A DNA stretch of 64,000 nt from contig CAVWPA010000001.1 in the NCBI GenBank assembly GCA_963756875.1, forward strand, positions 544,001 to 608,000, written 5' to 3'. The DNA is from an uncultured Verrucomicrobiae bacterium (lineage in GTDB: Bacteria > Verrucomicrobiota > Verrucomicrobiia > Chthoniobacterales > UBA10450). Within the stretch, counting starts at the first letter, position 1. Every line of letters starts with the position of its first letter. Below are positions 41,332-53,122 of this stretch, piece after piece. The notes under the pieces are model-generated. The model was not told where the DNA came from and did no database searches. It was given only the letters and a program-made list of their open reading frames with translations. The position numbers were made by a program, and so were the translations under genes.

Positions 41332-42297
41332 ATGAAAACAAAAGCGATGGAAAACGCCCGCGACGGGAAAATCGTAATCGGAACTCGCGGCAGCGATCTG
41401 GCCCGGAGCCAGACCAGGATGGTTGCGGACGAGTTGTTTGCGAAACAGTCTGGCCTCGGGCTTGAAATCAAGATCATTCGAACGAGGGGCGATGAAAGTC
41501 GCGCCGGCTCACTCCTTGTCATCGCGAACGCGCGCGCCGGGCGCAAAGGATTGTTTACGCAAGAGATCGAGCGCGCATTAATCGATGGCGAAATCGATCT
41601 TGCCGTGCACAGCGCAAAGGATTTGCCGAGCGAACTGGCCGCGGGCACGGAAATCGTGGCGGTTCTGCCGCGCGCCTCTGTCGAGGATGTATTGGTTGCG
41701 ACCGCGCCGTGCGATCTTCAGTCTCTGCCGCCGGACGGAATCATCGCGACCGGCAGCGTCCGGCGGAAACATCAATTGCATTGGAAGCGTCCGGACCTCG
41801 AGATTGTGGATCTTTACGGGAATGTGCCTACTCGGCTGCGCAAGCTCGCCCAGGACCAGTGGCACGGGATCATTCTGGCGCGCGCGGGGCTGGAGCGTCT
41901 TGGCCTGAGTTTGGCGGAAAAGCGCATTCGTTTTGAGAAACACGAATTTTCGGGTGAAGTGCTGCCACGCGAGGTTTTTTTGCCGGCCGGCGGCCAGGGC
42001 GTTATTGCGGTCCAGGGACGCAGCTCGGATAGTCGATTGAAAAAACTAGTCGAGCAGATAAATCATTTTGCGACGCGGGTATGCTTGCGAGCGGAACGCG
42101 AGTTTCTCCGGTTGTTGCACGCCGATTGCAATCAACCGGTAGGGGTTCTGGCCAGAATGGACGGAACGATGATGACCATGAGCGGCCAGATTTTTGATCC
42201 GGGAGCGACCACGCCGCACGAGGCAACCGTCCATGGCCCGGGCGAGCAAGCCGAACAGCTGGCGAAAATGCTGATGCAACAAATTCATGGCAAATAG
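41332..42297 (+). CDS. hemC: hydroxymethylbilane synthase
   Basis: GTRGSDLA, KGLFT, VHSAKDLP, GNVPTRL, ADC motifs. Confidence 0.95.
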   Translation: MKTKAMENARDGKIVIGTRGSDLARSQTRMVADELFAKQSGLGLEIKIIRTRGDESRAGSLLVIANARAGRKGLFTQEIERALIDGEIDLAVHSAKDLPSELAAGTEIVAVLPRASVEDVLVATAPCDLQSLPPDGIIATGSVRRKHQLHWKRPDLEIVDLYGNVPTRLRKLAQDQWHGIILARAGLERLGLSLAEKRIRFEKHEFSGEVLPREVFLPAGGQGVIAVQGRSSDSRLKKLVEQINHFATRVCLRAEREFLRLLHADCNQPVGVLARMDGTMMTMSGQIFDPGATTPHEATVHGPGEQAEQLAKMLMQQIHGK

Positions 42298-42318
42298 GAA
42301 TCGATTAAGAGCACGAGC

Positions 42319-43857
42319 ATGAGCACGAGTAAGAACAAAGCCGGCAAAGTTTACCTGGTTGGCGCGGGACCGGGCGATCTCGGGCTCGTGACATTGCGCG
42401 CGAGGGAATGCATCGAACGCGCGGACGTAATTGTTTACGATCACCTGGTTAATCCCGAAATGCTTGGTTGGGCGCGCGAGAATGCGGAGATCATTTACGC
42501 TGGAAAGCGCGCGGGCGATCACGTGCTGAGCCAGGATGAGATTAACAGTCTGCTTGTCGAACGGGCAAAGGCCGGAAAAGAAGTAGTGCGGTTGAAAGGC
42601 GGCGACCCATTTGTTTTTGGACGCGGCGCCGAGGAAGCGAAGTCGATCGGCGACGCCGGATTGAAATTTGAGATCGTCCCGGGAATCACGTCGGCTATCG
42701 CCGGTCCTGCGTATGCGGGCATCCCCGTGACTCATCGCGCGGAGAATTCGCACGTTACATTTTTCACGGGCCATGAAGATCCGGCGAAGCAGGGGAGCGC
42801 CATTAATTATGCGGCGCTGGCCCAGCTCGGGGGGACGCAGGTGATGCTGATGGGCGTGGAACGGCTGGAAGGGATCACCCGGGAAATGGTGAGCAAGGGT
42901 GTACGCGCCGATCTGCCGGTTGCGCTGGTGCGGTGGGCAACCACGGGGCGGCAGGAGACGGTGATCGGCACGCTCCAGGATATCGCGCAGCGCGCGCTCG
43001 AATCCGGCCTGGAAGCGCCGGCAGTGGCGGTGTTTGGCGAAGTGGTTTCCTGGCGGAAAGATCTGAATTGGTACGAGAAGCGTCCCCTGTACGGAAAACG
43101 AATTGTCGTGACCCGCACGCGCAAACAAGCTGGCGCGTTGAGCAGCCAGCTGCGCGCATTGGGCGCGGATGTTTTTGAATTACCGACTATCCGGATTGTG
43201 CCGCCGACCGATTTGCGCGAATTCGCGGAACTGGTGCAGGACGCGCACGCTTACGATTGGATCGTATTTACCAGTCCTAACGGCGTGGACGCCTTTTTCG
43301 AGATGTTCTATAAGCTTTATGACGACGCGCGTGAAGTCGGCGCTGCCAAAATCGCGGCGATCGGTCCGGCTACCGCACAACGCGTGCGAGACTTTCGCCT
43401 GCACGTCGATCTTCAGCCGGAGGAATTCGTGGCGGAAGCGGTTGTTCGCGCGTTCCAAAAGCAAGGGAGCGTGGAAAACCTGCGAATCCTTTTGGCGCGT
43501 GCGGAAAAGGCGCGGGACGTGCTTCCGAGAGAGCTTTCGAGGCTGGGAGCCATTGTGGACGAAGGTTTTGCTTATCGCACGGAAGCGGAAACGCGCGACA
43601 TAACAGGCGCGCGCCGCCGCCTTTTGGAGGAAGGGGCCGATCTGATCACCTTTACCAGCTCTTCGACGGTGGAAAATTTTCTCGCACTGGGAGTTCCCTG
43701 GCCGGCAGGAATGCAAGTCGCCAGTATCGGTCCGATCACGTCGAAGACAGCGCGCGATCATGGATTATCCGTCGACATCGAAGCGGAGCGTCACGATATC
43801 GAAGGGCTGGTTGAAGTGATCCGAAAATTTTTTACAGGCGTAAAAGGCGATGAGTAA
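42319..43857 (+). CDS. cobA: uroporphyrinogen-III C-methyltransferase / synthase fusion (CobA-HemD)
   Basis: VGAGPGD, RLKGGDPFVFGRG, then HemD motifs FTSPNGV, IGPATA, FTSSSTV. Confidence 0.93.
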   Translation: MSTSKNKAGKVYLVGAGPGDLGLVTLRARECIERADVIVYDHLVNPEMLGWARENAEIIYAGKRAGDHVLSQDEINSLLVERAKAGKEVVRLKGGDPFVFGRGAEEAKSIGDAGLKFEIVPGITSAIAGPAYAGIPVTHRAENSHVTFFTGHEDPAKQGSAINYAALAQLGGTQVMLMGVERLEGITREMVSKGVRADLPVALVRWATTGRQETVIGTLQDIAQRALESGLEAPAVAVFGEVVSWRKDLNWYEKRPLYGKRIVVTRTRKQAGALSSQLRALGADVFELPTIRIVPPTDLREFAELVQDAHAYDWIVFTSPNGVDAFFEMFYKLYDDAREVGAAKIAAIGPATAQRVRDFRLHVDLQPEEFVAEAVVRAFQKQGSVENLRILLARAEKARDVLPRELSRLGAIVDEGFAYRTEAETRDITGARRRLLEEGADLITFTSSSTVENFLALGVPWPAGMQVASIGPITSKTARDHGLSVDIEAERHDIEGLVEVIRKFFTGVKGDE

Positions 43858-44566
43858 CGTGGACACCCAATCGGATGAGTTCGCCGCCGCGATGCAGCAA
43901 CTTGGCGCCGAAGCAGTCAAAACGTTGCCGCTCGAGGCCGCGCTTGTGGGCGATCAAAGCGGGCTCTTGCAAAATGAAACTCTGTTTCAAACGCTCAACA
44001 GCAGCCTCCAGAATCTGGAGAAAGCCCTGGTGGATCGGCTGGACAAACTAGCGACCGAACTTTCCGCTAAACCGGCGGATTTTGGGCGAGTATTTCAAAA
44101 GATCGACGAACAATTGGCGGCGATTCGCGGGAGCGAGAGTGTTAATCAGCAATTATTCGATTCGCTGCATGGCGAACTGTTGAAGTACCGCGACAATTTT
44201 TTGCATGAATCGCTTCAGAAGCCCTTCATTCACGATCTCGTTCTTCTGTATGACGATCTGAACAGTCTCGGCGAGCAATTGCGCGGGGCGGCGGCGGAGA
44301 AGAATGGAAAGCGCGGTCATCTGGCGCAGTGGCGCGATAATCTTGAGAATGCGATTCATTCTCTTGTCGAGATTCTTCACCGGTTTGAGGTCAGGGAAAT
44401 TGAACCCAAAGAGCGCGTCGATCGCTCTTATCACCGGGTCATCAGCTATGAGCAGGCGGACTTTCCGGAAGAAGACGGCCTCATCGTCATGCGGGTGAAA
44501 CGCGGTTTCTTCTGGCGCGGGAAGCTTATCCGGCCGGAAGAAGTCATTGCAAAGCGCTTCGGTTAA
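43850..44566 (+). CDS. GrpE-like nucleotide exchange factor
   Basis: Long helical N-terminal part and a GrpE-type beta domain: VDRSYHRVI...GLIVMRVKRGFFWRGKLIRPEEV. Confidence 0.72.
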   Translation: MSNVDTQSDEFAAAMQQLGAEAVKTLPLEAALVGDQSGLLQNETLFQTLNSSLQNLEKALVDRLDKLATELSAKPADFGRVFQKIDEQLAAIRGSESVNQQLFDSLHGELLKYRDNFLHESLQKPFIHDLVLLYDDLNSLGEQLRGAAAEKNGKRGHLAQWRDNLENAIHSLVEILHRFEVREIEPKERVDRSYHRVISYEQADFPEEDGLIVMRVKRGFFWRGKLIRPEEVIAKRFG

Positions 44567-44743
44567 TTTCCGAAAACTGGAAGCTCCCGGGGACGCGATA
44601 GAAAAGCGCGCTTCAATCGCACGCATTTGCACCCTTTGCGCTGCCGAAATGCGGCCGTCGAAATTCGAAGGTCTTCGGCATGAAAGCTGCAGTGAAAAGA
44701 GACGGAAATCGCAAGGGTTTTCTCAGAATTCTCTCGTCCGCAT

Positions 44744-46306
44744 ATGGCCAAACGCAAAGCAGTCGGAATTGATCTAGGTACTACCTTCTCGGCCGTGGCG
44801 CACATTGATGCCTACGGCAAACCGCAAATCACACCGAACACGGAAAGCGAGCGCATTACGCCCTCCGTGATTCTGTTTGATGGAGCGAACGTGATTGTCG
44901 GGACGCATGCCAAAAATAGCGCTGTGGCTGAGCCCGAAAAGATCGTCGATTTCGTAAAGCGCGAAATGGGCAAGCCGAAGGAGCAGTTTCACCGCTCTTT
45001 TGATGACAAGGTCTATTCTGCCGAAGAGCTTTCAGCGCTCGTCATCAAAAAATTAAAAAACGACGCGGAAAAGTACCTCGGGGAATCCGTCACCGATGCA
45101 GTGATCACCGTGCCGGCATATTTCAACGACGCGGAGAGGATCGCCACGATCACAGCCGGACAGCTCGCAGGACTGAATGTTCTGCAGCTCATCAACGAGC
45201 CGACTGCAGCGGCCCTGGCCTACGGGTTGGACAAACTCGACGAGAATCAGACCGTCTTCGTGTTCGATCTGGGTGGCGGCACATTCGATGTGACCATCAT
45301 GCGCATCCTGGATCACAAGATCGAGATGCTTGCGACCAATGGCGATCATCGCCTCGGCGGCAAAGATTGGGACGACGTGATTGTAAATATGGTGGCCGAA
45401 GAGTTCGATCGCCGTCACAAGGAAAACCCGCTGCTCGATTTGCAGAGTTATCAAGATCTCCAAAGCCGCGCGATCACCGCTAAAATCCAGCTATCCTGCC
45501 GGGCGCGCACTACGATCGTACACCATCATGGCGGCAAAAGCGCGAAAGTGGAACTTACCCGCAGGGAATTCGAGCAGTCCACGCGGCATCTGGTCGAAAA
45601 ATGCAAAACAATTTGCGAAATGGTCATGCAGGAGGCCAAGCTGAAGTGGGACAAGATCGACAAGGTGCTTCTGGTCGGAGGCATGACACGTGTGCCGATG
45701 ATTCGCGCGATGATTTCCGAGCTTTCCTCGAAACCATTCGTCGATCATGTCAATCCGGACGAGGCGGTCGCGCTCGGTGCTGCGATTCAGGCCGTGCTTT
45801 CAATGCTGAATGAGGAGAACGCTTCGGGTGAAAAACTTCTGAACGACACGACGCGCCAGCAATTTTCCTCGCTCGATGGCGGCCTGATTCAGGTTACCGA
45901 TATTACCTCGCACACGCTGGGTGTTGTTCTCTGGGATGAAAAACATCTCCAGGAATACGTGTTTCCGATGATTCGAAAGATGACGGCCATCCCGGCCGTG
46001 GTGCGAAACTCCTTCGGCACCGCGAGTTCCAACATGCAACGCGCAGTAGTAAAGGTGGTCGAAGGGGAGAGCACACTTCCCGCCGAGTGCACGGCGCTCG
46101 GTATTTGCGATGTCCAGTTGCCGCCGTTTTTGCCGAAGGGGTCGCCGGTTGAACTCACTTACCAATATAACGCCAACCAGGTGCTCGAGGTGCAAGTGCA
46201 GGCCGCCGGTAATCACGGCAAGGTCTCCATCAACCGCAACACCGGTCTGGCTCCCGAAGACATTCAAAAGGCGACGTCTGGCTTACAAGAGCTCAATGTC
46301 AGCTAA
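44744..46306 (+). CDS. Hsp70 family protein (non-canonical DnaK paralog, no lid)
   Basis: GIDLGTT, TVPAYF, NEPTAAA, DLGGGTFD, VGGMTRVP, NPDEAVA motifs; 520 aa. Confidence 0.92.
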   Translation: MAKRKAVGIDLGTTFSAVAHIDAYGKPQITPNTESERITPSVILFDGANVIVGTHAKNSAVAEPEKIVDFVKREMGKPKEQFHRSFDDKVYSAEELSALVIKKLKNDAEKYLGESVTDAVITVPAYFNDAERIATITAGQLAGLNVLQLINEPTAAALAYGLDKLDENQTVFVFDLGGGTFDVTIMRILDHKIEMLATNGDHRLGGKDWDDVIVNMVAEEFDRRHKENPLLDLQSYQDLQSRAITAKIQLSCRARTTIVHHHGGKSAKVELTRREFEQSTRHLVEKCKTICEMVMQEAKLKWDKIDKVLLVGGMTRVPMIRAMISELSSKPFVDHVNPDEAVALGAAIQAVLSMLNEENASGEKLLNDTTRQQFSSLDGGLIQVTDITSHTLGVVLWDEKHLQEYVFPMIRKMTAIPAVVRNSFGTASSNMQRAVVKVVEGESTLPAECTALGICDVQLPPFLPKGSPVELTYQYNANQVLEVQVQAAGNHGKVSINRNTGLAPEDIQKATSGLQELNVS

Positions 46307-46308
46307 GC

Positions 46309-47937
46309 ATGGCGGAATGCGACGTTACTTTCCCTCTTCCGCTGCCCGATGATCCGCGAAAGTGGGACGGGTGGAACAAGTATGATTCCCCGAATCTCTA
46401 CGAACGACTTTGTCTGGATCCTTATTCCAATCCGAATGACCAGCTGATCGAAGAACATTGCCGCGAGCTGTTGCGCTGGTGGCAAAAAAAGCTGCCGCTC
46501 AAGAATCAGCCCAGCAATCCTCTGGCGCAATTACTTCGTTCCGGTCTCGAGGAATCTTCGCGATTCCTTACCGAAGCCCGTGCCGAACTTCTCGATCCCG
46601 AACGGCGCCGTGCGGTCGATGAAGTGCTGGCCGCGCAAAAGCATGAGGAAGCGCTCGCCGAATTTCGCAAGTATTTCCATTTTGCGACTGCAACCGGGAT
46701 GCTGACCGACCAGGAAGAAAAAAATCTGGTCTATTTCGGAGCCGAACACGGACTTGCTCGCGACGAAGTTATCTCCCTGATTGAAACCGGATTAAAGGAA
46801 AAAGGTGTTGAGCGCGCAAAGCCAACGCCGCCCCCTCCGCCTGTCTCCCCGTCGAAGAACGGAGCCAGCACCAATCCGCAGGAGGAATTTTTGCGAGTAC
46901 TGCGCCTGAGCAACCTCGATAGCGCGGGAATGAGCGACGATCAACGGGACACTTTCATCGATATGGCTGAAAATCTCGGTGTCGATCCGGGCGAGGCCGA
47001 GGACATTGTGGATCTTTATCTGGAAGAGGCAGATGAAAAATCGTTTGGCCCGGCGGCGGTGTCGTCGGCTGTTAAAACCGAAGTAGTCAGGCCGGCGGTT
47101 GTGCAGCAGAAACCGGCTCCTACAGCGTTAACCGTAGCGCAAAAGCCGGCGGTGTTGATACCAAAGCCCGAAATCAATGTCGAATCCGAACGGGCGCGCT
47201 ATACCAATTTCGAAAATTCGATTGGCGGACAAATGTTTTTCATTCCTTCAGCGGAATTTGTGCTGGGAAGCGAAGCCGAGGACGCGGCTCCCAATGAGCG
47301 CCCGCTAACCGGGGTTACGCTCGGCCGTTATTACCTTTCGCGCCATCTCGTTACCAATGTCCAATATGAGCAATTTGATCCCGCGCATGCGCGTAAGCGC
47401 GCTCCGGGCACAGGCGATACACATCCGGTTGTCTATGTGAGCAGCCTGGATGCGATCAAATTTTGTCAGTGGCTGAGCGGACGCGAACACAGGAAATACC
47501 GGCTGCCAACTGAGGCGGAATGGGAATACGCAGCCAAAGGAAACGACGGCCGCAGATATCCGTGGGGAAACTACGAAGGCCGCGGAGATCTCGCCAATTT
47601 TGCCGATCGGAACACCGTCTTTGCCTGGAGCGACCGCGAAATCGATGACGGTTATCCGGAGAGCTCGCCCGTGGGGGCCTTCCCGCTCGGCGCCAGCCCG
47701 TTTGGCATCGAAGACATGGCGGGCAACGTGTGGGAATGGTGCCTCGATTATTACGAGCCGTATCGCGGTGCGCATAAGGCGAATCCGCGTGGGGCTACCG
47801 GCGGCGCGAAGCGGGTCTATCGCGGCGGAAGCTGGAAATCGCGATTTAGCAGCCTGCGGACGACTGTTCGCGGTTTCAATGTGCCAAACTTTTCCTGCAA
47901 CGACCTTGGCTTTCGCGTCGTTTGCGAATGCGATTGA
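46309..47937 (+). CDS. J-like domain + helical repeats + FGE-sulfatase (SUMF1/C-type lectin fold) protein
   Basis: C-terminal RLPTEAEWEYAA, DMAGNVWEW, RGGSW, LGFR; N-terminal NLYERLCL...EARAELLDPERRRAVD. Confidence 0.82.
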   Translation: MAECDVTFPLPLPDDPRKWDGWNKYDSPNLYERLCLDPYSNPNDQLIEEHCRELLRWWQKKLPLKNQPSNPLAQLLRSGLEESSRFLTEARAELLDPERRRAVDEVLAAQKHEEALAEFRKYFHFATATGMLTDQEEKNLVYFGAEHGLARDEVISLIETGLKEKGVERAKPTPPPPPVSPSKNGASTNPQEEFLRVLRLSNLDSAGMSDDQRDTFIDMAENLGVDPGEAEDIVDLYLEEADEKSFGPAAVSSAVKTEVVRPAVVQQKPAPTALTVAQKPAVLIPKPEINVESERARYTNFENSIGGQMFFIPSAEFVLGSEAEDAAPNERPLTGVTLGRYYLSRHLVTNVQYEQFDPAHARKRAPGTGDTHPVVYVSSLDAIKFCQWLSGREHRKYRLPTEAEWEYAAKGNDGRRYPWGNYEGRGDLANFADRNTVFAWSDREIDDGYPESSPVGAFPLGASPFGIEDMAGNVWEWCLDYYEPYRGAHKANPRGATGGAKRVYRGGSWKSRFSSLRTTVRGFNVPNFSCNDLGFRVVCECD

Positions 47938-47995
47938 GGAAGATTGAAGGGTCAAATCGTCATTCGACGTAACCCCATTTTAACGATTTAACGTC

Positions 47996-48190
47996 TTACG
48001 GGTTAAATCGGAACTTGGTTCGGCCCCGTTTCGCGTTGTTCTTCGCTTTGCGGCGATGCTTTTGCGACGGCGTCTCGAACGCGCGCAGGCGCCGGACTTC
48101 TTCAAGAATGCCCTCGGCATCGAGCTTGTTCTTCAGCCGCTTCAACGCGCGATCTACGGGCTCACCTTTACGAACGATCACTTCTGGCAT
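47996..48190 (-). CDS. rpsU: 30S ribosomal protein bS21
   Basis: MPEVIVRKGEPVDRALKRLK...FETPS. Confidence 0.93.
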   Translation of the reverse strand: MPEVIVRKGEPVDRALKRLKNKLDAEGILEEVRRLRAFETPSQKHRRKAKNNAKRGRTKFRFNP

Positions 48191-48395
48191 CGAATCATCA
48201 CTCCTGGGTTAAAAATCCAAATTCTTAAGTGCAAATGCCGTGCTAGGCGAGGCGGAGCCTAAGCGGCCCCATGCGGTTCGTCAAATGGTGTTAATAACTT
48301 TGGTCCGCGCGGCTGGCGAAGGAGCCGAAAGAAGGGGAAACAGCAAGCCAATTCGCGTGAGCCAACTAGCCTATAAGTTGTTTCCGATGTTATGC

Positions 48396-50738
48396 TTATG
48401 ACGAAGCAGCCGGCTTGGCTGCGGTGGCCTTCTGAGTAATCTCGCGCCGCAGCGTGCTGGTGCTCCCGCCCCGGGCCCGCGTCCACCAAAGAACGATGGG
48501 TGACGCGATAAAGATGGAAGAATAGGTGCCGACGGCGACCCCAATGATAATGGCGAGGGAAAAATCGCGCAGCACCTCCCCGCCGAGGAAGAACAGGCAA
48601 AGAATCGGGATCAGCGTCACCGTGCTGGTAAGAATAGTACGGCTCAGCGTCTGATTGATGCTCTCATTCATGATCTCTTCGATCTTGCCACGTTTTCCAC
48701 TGGCCAGGCCTTCCCGGATGCGGTCGAACACAACGATGGTGTCGTTGATGGAATAACCGGCGATGGTGAGGACGGCGCCGACCATGGTGAGAGTTAGTTC
48801 CCGGCCGAGCAGCGAAAACATACCGACCGTGATAATCACGTCATGCAACAACGCGACAATCGCGCCCACGGCAAAGGAGAGTTCGAAGCGAAACGTCACG
48901 AAAATGAGAATGCCAAGAATGCCCAGCCCGAGGGCGACGAGCGAACTTTTGGCCAGCTCGCTGCCGACAAGCGCACCGACTCGATCGGCGCGTTCGATGT
49001 GAAACCCGGTCCCCCCCAAAGATTGCATAATCTGTTTCTCCACCTTGTCGCTCGTATTCAACGGAGAGCGCACGGTGATGTAATTTTTGCCGGCTTGCGA
49101 TGATTCCTGGATCGATGCGTCCGCCAGACCAATTGGTTTCAGCGCTTCGCGCACTTGTCCGACGTTGATCGTTTTGGCGGAGCTCAGGGTCAACAAATCG
49201 CCGCCGCGAAAGTCCACGCCGAAATTCCTCTCGCCGCGAACATAGAACGCGCTGGCGCCGGCGATGATGAGCGCAAGCGAGCACATGCACGCCAGAAAGC
49301 CTTTGCCCAGGAAGTTGATGTTCTTGGAGGAAATCAGATGCAACATCGAGATCTTCTTGAGGCGCCCTGTGTCGACAAACCATTCCAGGGCGTTCCGCCC
49401 GACGATGAGAGCGGTGAAAAGCGAAGCCAGGATGCCGAATGTGAGCGAAATCGCGAAGCCTCTGACCGGTCCGCTTGCCTGCCAGAACAGAATCAGGGCA
49501 GTGATCAGTGTAGTGACGTTGGCATCGAAGATGGAGCTGAACGCCTTTTCGTAAGCGGTTTGGACTGCCGCCTTGAGCGATTTGCCGAGCGCCATCTCCT
49601 CCCGTAGTCGCTCGTAAATGAGCACACTCGCGTCCACTGAGAGACCGATTGTCAAAATAATGCCGGCGATTCCGGGCAACGTCAGGACGAAACGGAACAT
49701 GGTGAGGGCGCCAATCAGGAGAATCAGATTGATGATCAGCGCGAGGTTGGCGATGAGACCTGCAAGCTTGTAATAAACGAGCACGCAGACCAGCGTGATG
49801 GCCAGTCCCAGCAAGCCGGCTAGAACGCTCGCGCGGATCGAGTCTGCGCCGAGCGTGGGAGAAACGCTCCGCTCCTCCTCGATGCTGACCGGCGTCTGCA
49901 ACGGGTTCTCCAGCACGCTGGCCAGCTCGCGCGCCTCCTGCTCGCTGAAGCGGCCTGTAATGACCGCATCTCCGTTAAAGATGGGCACTTTGATCACCGG
50001 CGCAGATTGGATCACGCCATCCAGGATGATCGCAAACCGGTGCCCGACGTTCTCCTGGGTGATTTTGCCAAACTCTTTGGCGCCTACGCTGTCGAACCCA
50101 AGTTGCACCGTCCAGCCTTCGTTGCCGTAGTAAGCGTGGGACTCCCGCACGTGTTCGCCGCCCAGGTCCGCCTTCTTTTTTACGAGCAGCCGTTCTTGCG
50201 TCGGTTTTTCATTTCCTTCGGGAGCATGTGTGTAAACCTCAATCCGATAATCAGGCGGGATCACCGCCTGTCCCTTGTCGATCGCTGTCAGGCGCTGGCC
50301 GTTGTCCGGATAAACCATGCGAAACTCGAGCTTGGCTACGCGGGAAAGCTGCTCGCGCGCCTCCTGGATTTTGGCCGTATCGAGGCCCGGAATTTGGACG
50401 AGAATACGATCGTTGCCGACCGGGCTGATGACCGGCTCGCTAACGCCGAAATAATCGACACGCTTGCGGATGACCTCGACCGCCTGGTCGAGCATCGCCT
50501 TCGTGATTGCCTTGTCGGTCTGTTTCAGCCGGATGAGAAAAGAGGTGCCGCCCTGAATATCGAGGCCGAGCGAGATTTTTTTCTCCGGAGGCCAAACCGT
50601 GGCGATACTAAAAACGATCAGAAGGAGGACAAGAGTCGCGGCAAGGATCCGTTTTCGCAGACCGAACTCGGTCGCAAAATACCAGCCGAAAAGAATTAGC
50701 AACCCGATGCCGACAAAAAATGTGAGCGCGGGTGTCAT
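48396..50738 (-). CDS. secDF: protein translocase SecDF fusion
   Basis: LGLDIQGG, LTLPGIAG, DANVTT, GVDFRGG, GYSINDTIVVFDRIRE motifs. Confidence 0.96.
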   Translation of the reverse strand: MTPALTFFVGIGLLILFGWYFATEFGLRKRILAATLVLLLIVFSIATVWPPEKKISLGLDIQGGTSFLIRLKQTDKAITKAMLDQAVEVIRKRVDYFGVSEPVISPVGNDRILVQIPGLDTAKIQEAREQLSRVAKLEFRMVYPDNGQRLTAIDKGQAVIPPDYRIEVYTHAPEGNEKPTQERLLVKKKADLGGEHVRESHAYYGNEGWTVQLGFDSVGAKEFGKITQENVGHRFAIILDGVIQSAPVIKVPIFNGDAVITGRFSEQEARELASVLENPLQTPVSIEEERSVSPTLGADSIRASVLAGLLGLAITLVCVLVYYKLAGLIANLALIINLILLIGALTMFRFVLTLPGIAGIILTIGLSVDASVLIYERLREEMALGKSLKAAVQTAYEKAFSSIFDANVTTLITALILFWQASGPVRGFAISLTFGILASLFTALIVGRNALEWFVDTGRLKKISMLHLISSKNINFLGKGFLACMCSLALIIAGASAFYVRGERNFGVDFRGGDLLTLSSAKTINVGQVREALKPIGLADASIQESSQAGKNYITVRSPLNTSDKVEKQIMQSLGGTGFHIERADRVGALVGSELAKSSLVALGLGILGILIFVTFRFELSFAVGAIVALLHDVIITVGMFSLLGRELTLTMVGAVLTIAGYSINDTIVVFDRIREGLASGKRGKIEEIMNESINQTLSRTILTSTVTLIPILCLFFLGGEVLRDFSLAIIIGVAVGTYSSIFIASPIVLWWTRARGGSTSTLRREITQKATAAKPAASS

Positions 50739-50740
50739 TA

Positions 50741-50775
50741 GATTGCGGATTGCGAACTGCGGACCGCGGATTTCG
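50741..50775. repeat. heptamer array (GATTGCG) just upstream of the secDF start
   Basis: GATTGCG GATTGCG AACTGCG GACCGCG GATTTCG. Confidence 0.65.
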
Positions 50776-50826
50776 CGGCCTGTCTCTTCGAATTGATCGT
50801 GAGCATATTAACCCGCCGTCACTCAA

Positions 50827-51141
50827 CTACTCCGACTTTAACACGCTCGTGACCGCCGATTTTTCCATCTCGATCTTCACGTTGTCGGCCACCTTCACGA
50901 TCACGGTCGCCTCCTTCACGTTCGCAATCAGTCCGTGAATCCCGGCGTTGGTCACTACACGGTCTCCGGTTTTCAAACTTGCAATCAGGCGCTGCTGTTC
51001 CTGTTGACGCTTTTTCTGCGGTCGGAACAGCACAAAGTACATGATGACGAAAATGAAAATGAACGGGATAAAAAAACCGATCCCGCCGCCTGGGCTGCTG
51101 GGCGCGGCAGGGTGCGCTTGAGCTAGAAAGAGAAACATCAT
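50827..51141 (-). CDS. yajC: preprotein translocase subunit YajC
   Basis: YFVLFRPQKKR, LKTGDRVVTNAGIHG. Confidence 0.95.
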   Translation of the reverse strand: MMFLFLAQAHPAAPSSPGGGIGFFIPFIFIFVIMYFVLFRPQKKRQQEQQRLIASLKTGDRVVTNAGIHGLIANVKEATVIVKVADNVKIEMEKSAVTSVLKSE

Positions 51142-51209
51142 GCTGAAATTCCGGTGAGCGGGAGCTTAAACGCGAACGCCTCGGCTGCAATTTTTCTTTG
51201 TCGTTTTTC

Positions 51210-52598
<1,389 letters not shown>

Positions 52599-52669
52599 TT
52601 ACGCGATCTGGGCGGGTTTTTTGTCGCCCGCAATGGCCTCATCGCGCGGCGGCTTTTATTTGACGAACA

Positions 52670-53101
52670 ATGCCCACGATTAATCAGCTGATTCGAAAAG
52701 GACGCCGGAAGGTGTCGGTGAAATCGAAGTCGCCGGCGCTGACCAATTGTCCGCAACGGCGCGGTGTCTGCGTGCAGGTAATGACGCGCACGCCGAAAAA
52801 GCCGAACTCCGCCTTGCGTAAAGTGGCCAAGGTCCGCTTGACGAACGGCCAGGAAGTGATTGCCTACATTCCGGGCGAGGGGCACAATTTACAGGAGCAC
52901 TCGATTGTGCTCGTGCGCGGCGGACGAGTGAAGGATTTGCCGGGTGTCCGCTATCATATTGTGCGTGGAACGCTCGACTCGTTAGGCGTCGACGGGCGCC
53001 GTCGAAGCCGCTCCAAATATGGAGCAAAGCGCCCGAAAAGTGGCGCGGGCGGTGGCGCGGCGGCAAAGGCGGCGCCTGCAGCCAAGGAAGAAAAGAAGTA
53101 A
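52670..53101 (+). CDS. rpsL: 30S ribosomal protein S12
   Basis: [25 protein letters not shown]. Confidence 0.99.
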   Translation: MPTINQLIRKGRRKVSVKSKSPALTNCPQRRGVCVQVMTRTPKKPNSALRKVAKVRLTNGQEVIAYIPGEGHNLQEHSIVLVRGGRVKDLPGVRYHIVRGTLDSLGVDGRRRSRSKYGAKRPKSGAGGGAAAKAAPAAKEEKK

Positions 53102-53122
53102 TTTTGGAGAAAAAGGTCGATC

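Noticed and set aside
47700..47937. FGE/CLec domain as a diversity-generating retroelement target
   Set aside because: I found no reverse transcriptase and no second copy (template repeat) of the 3' region in the window
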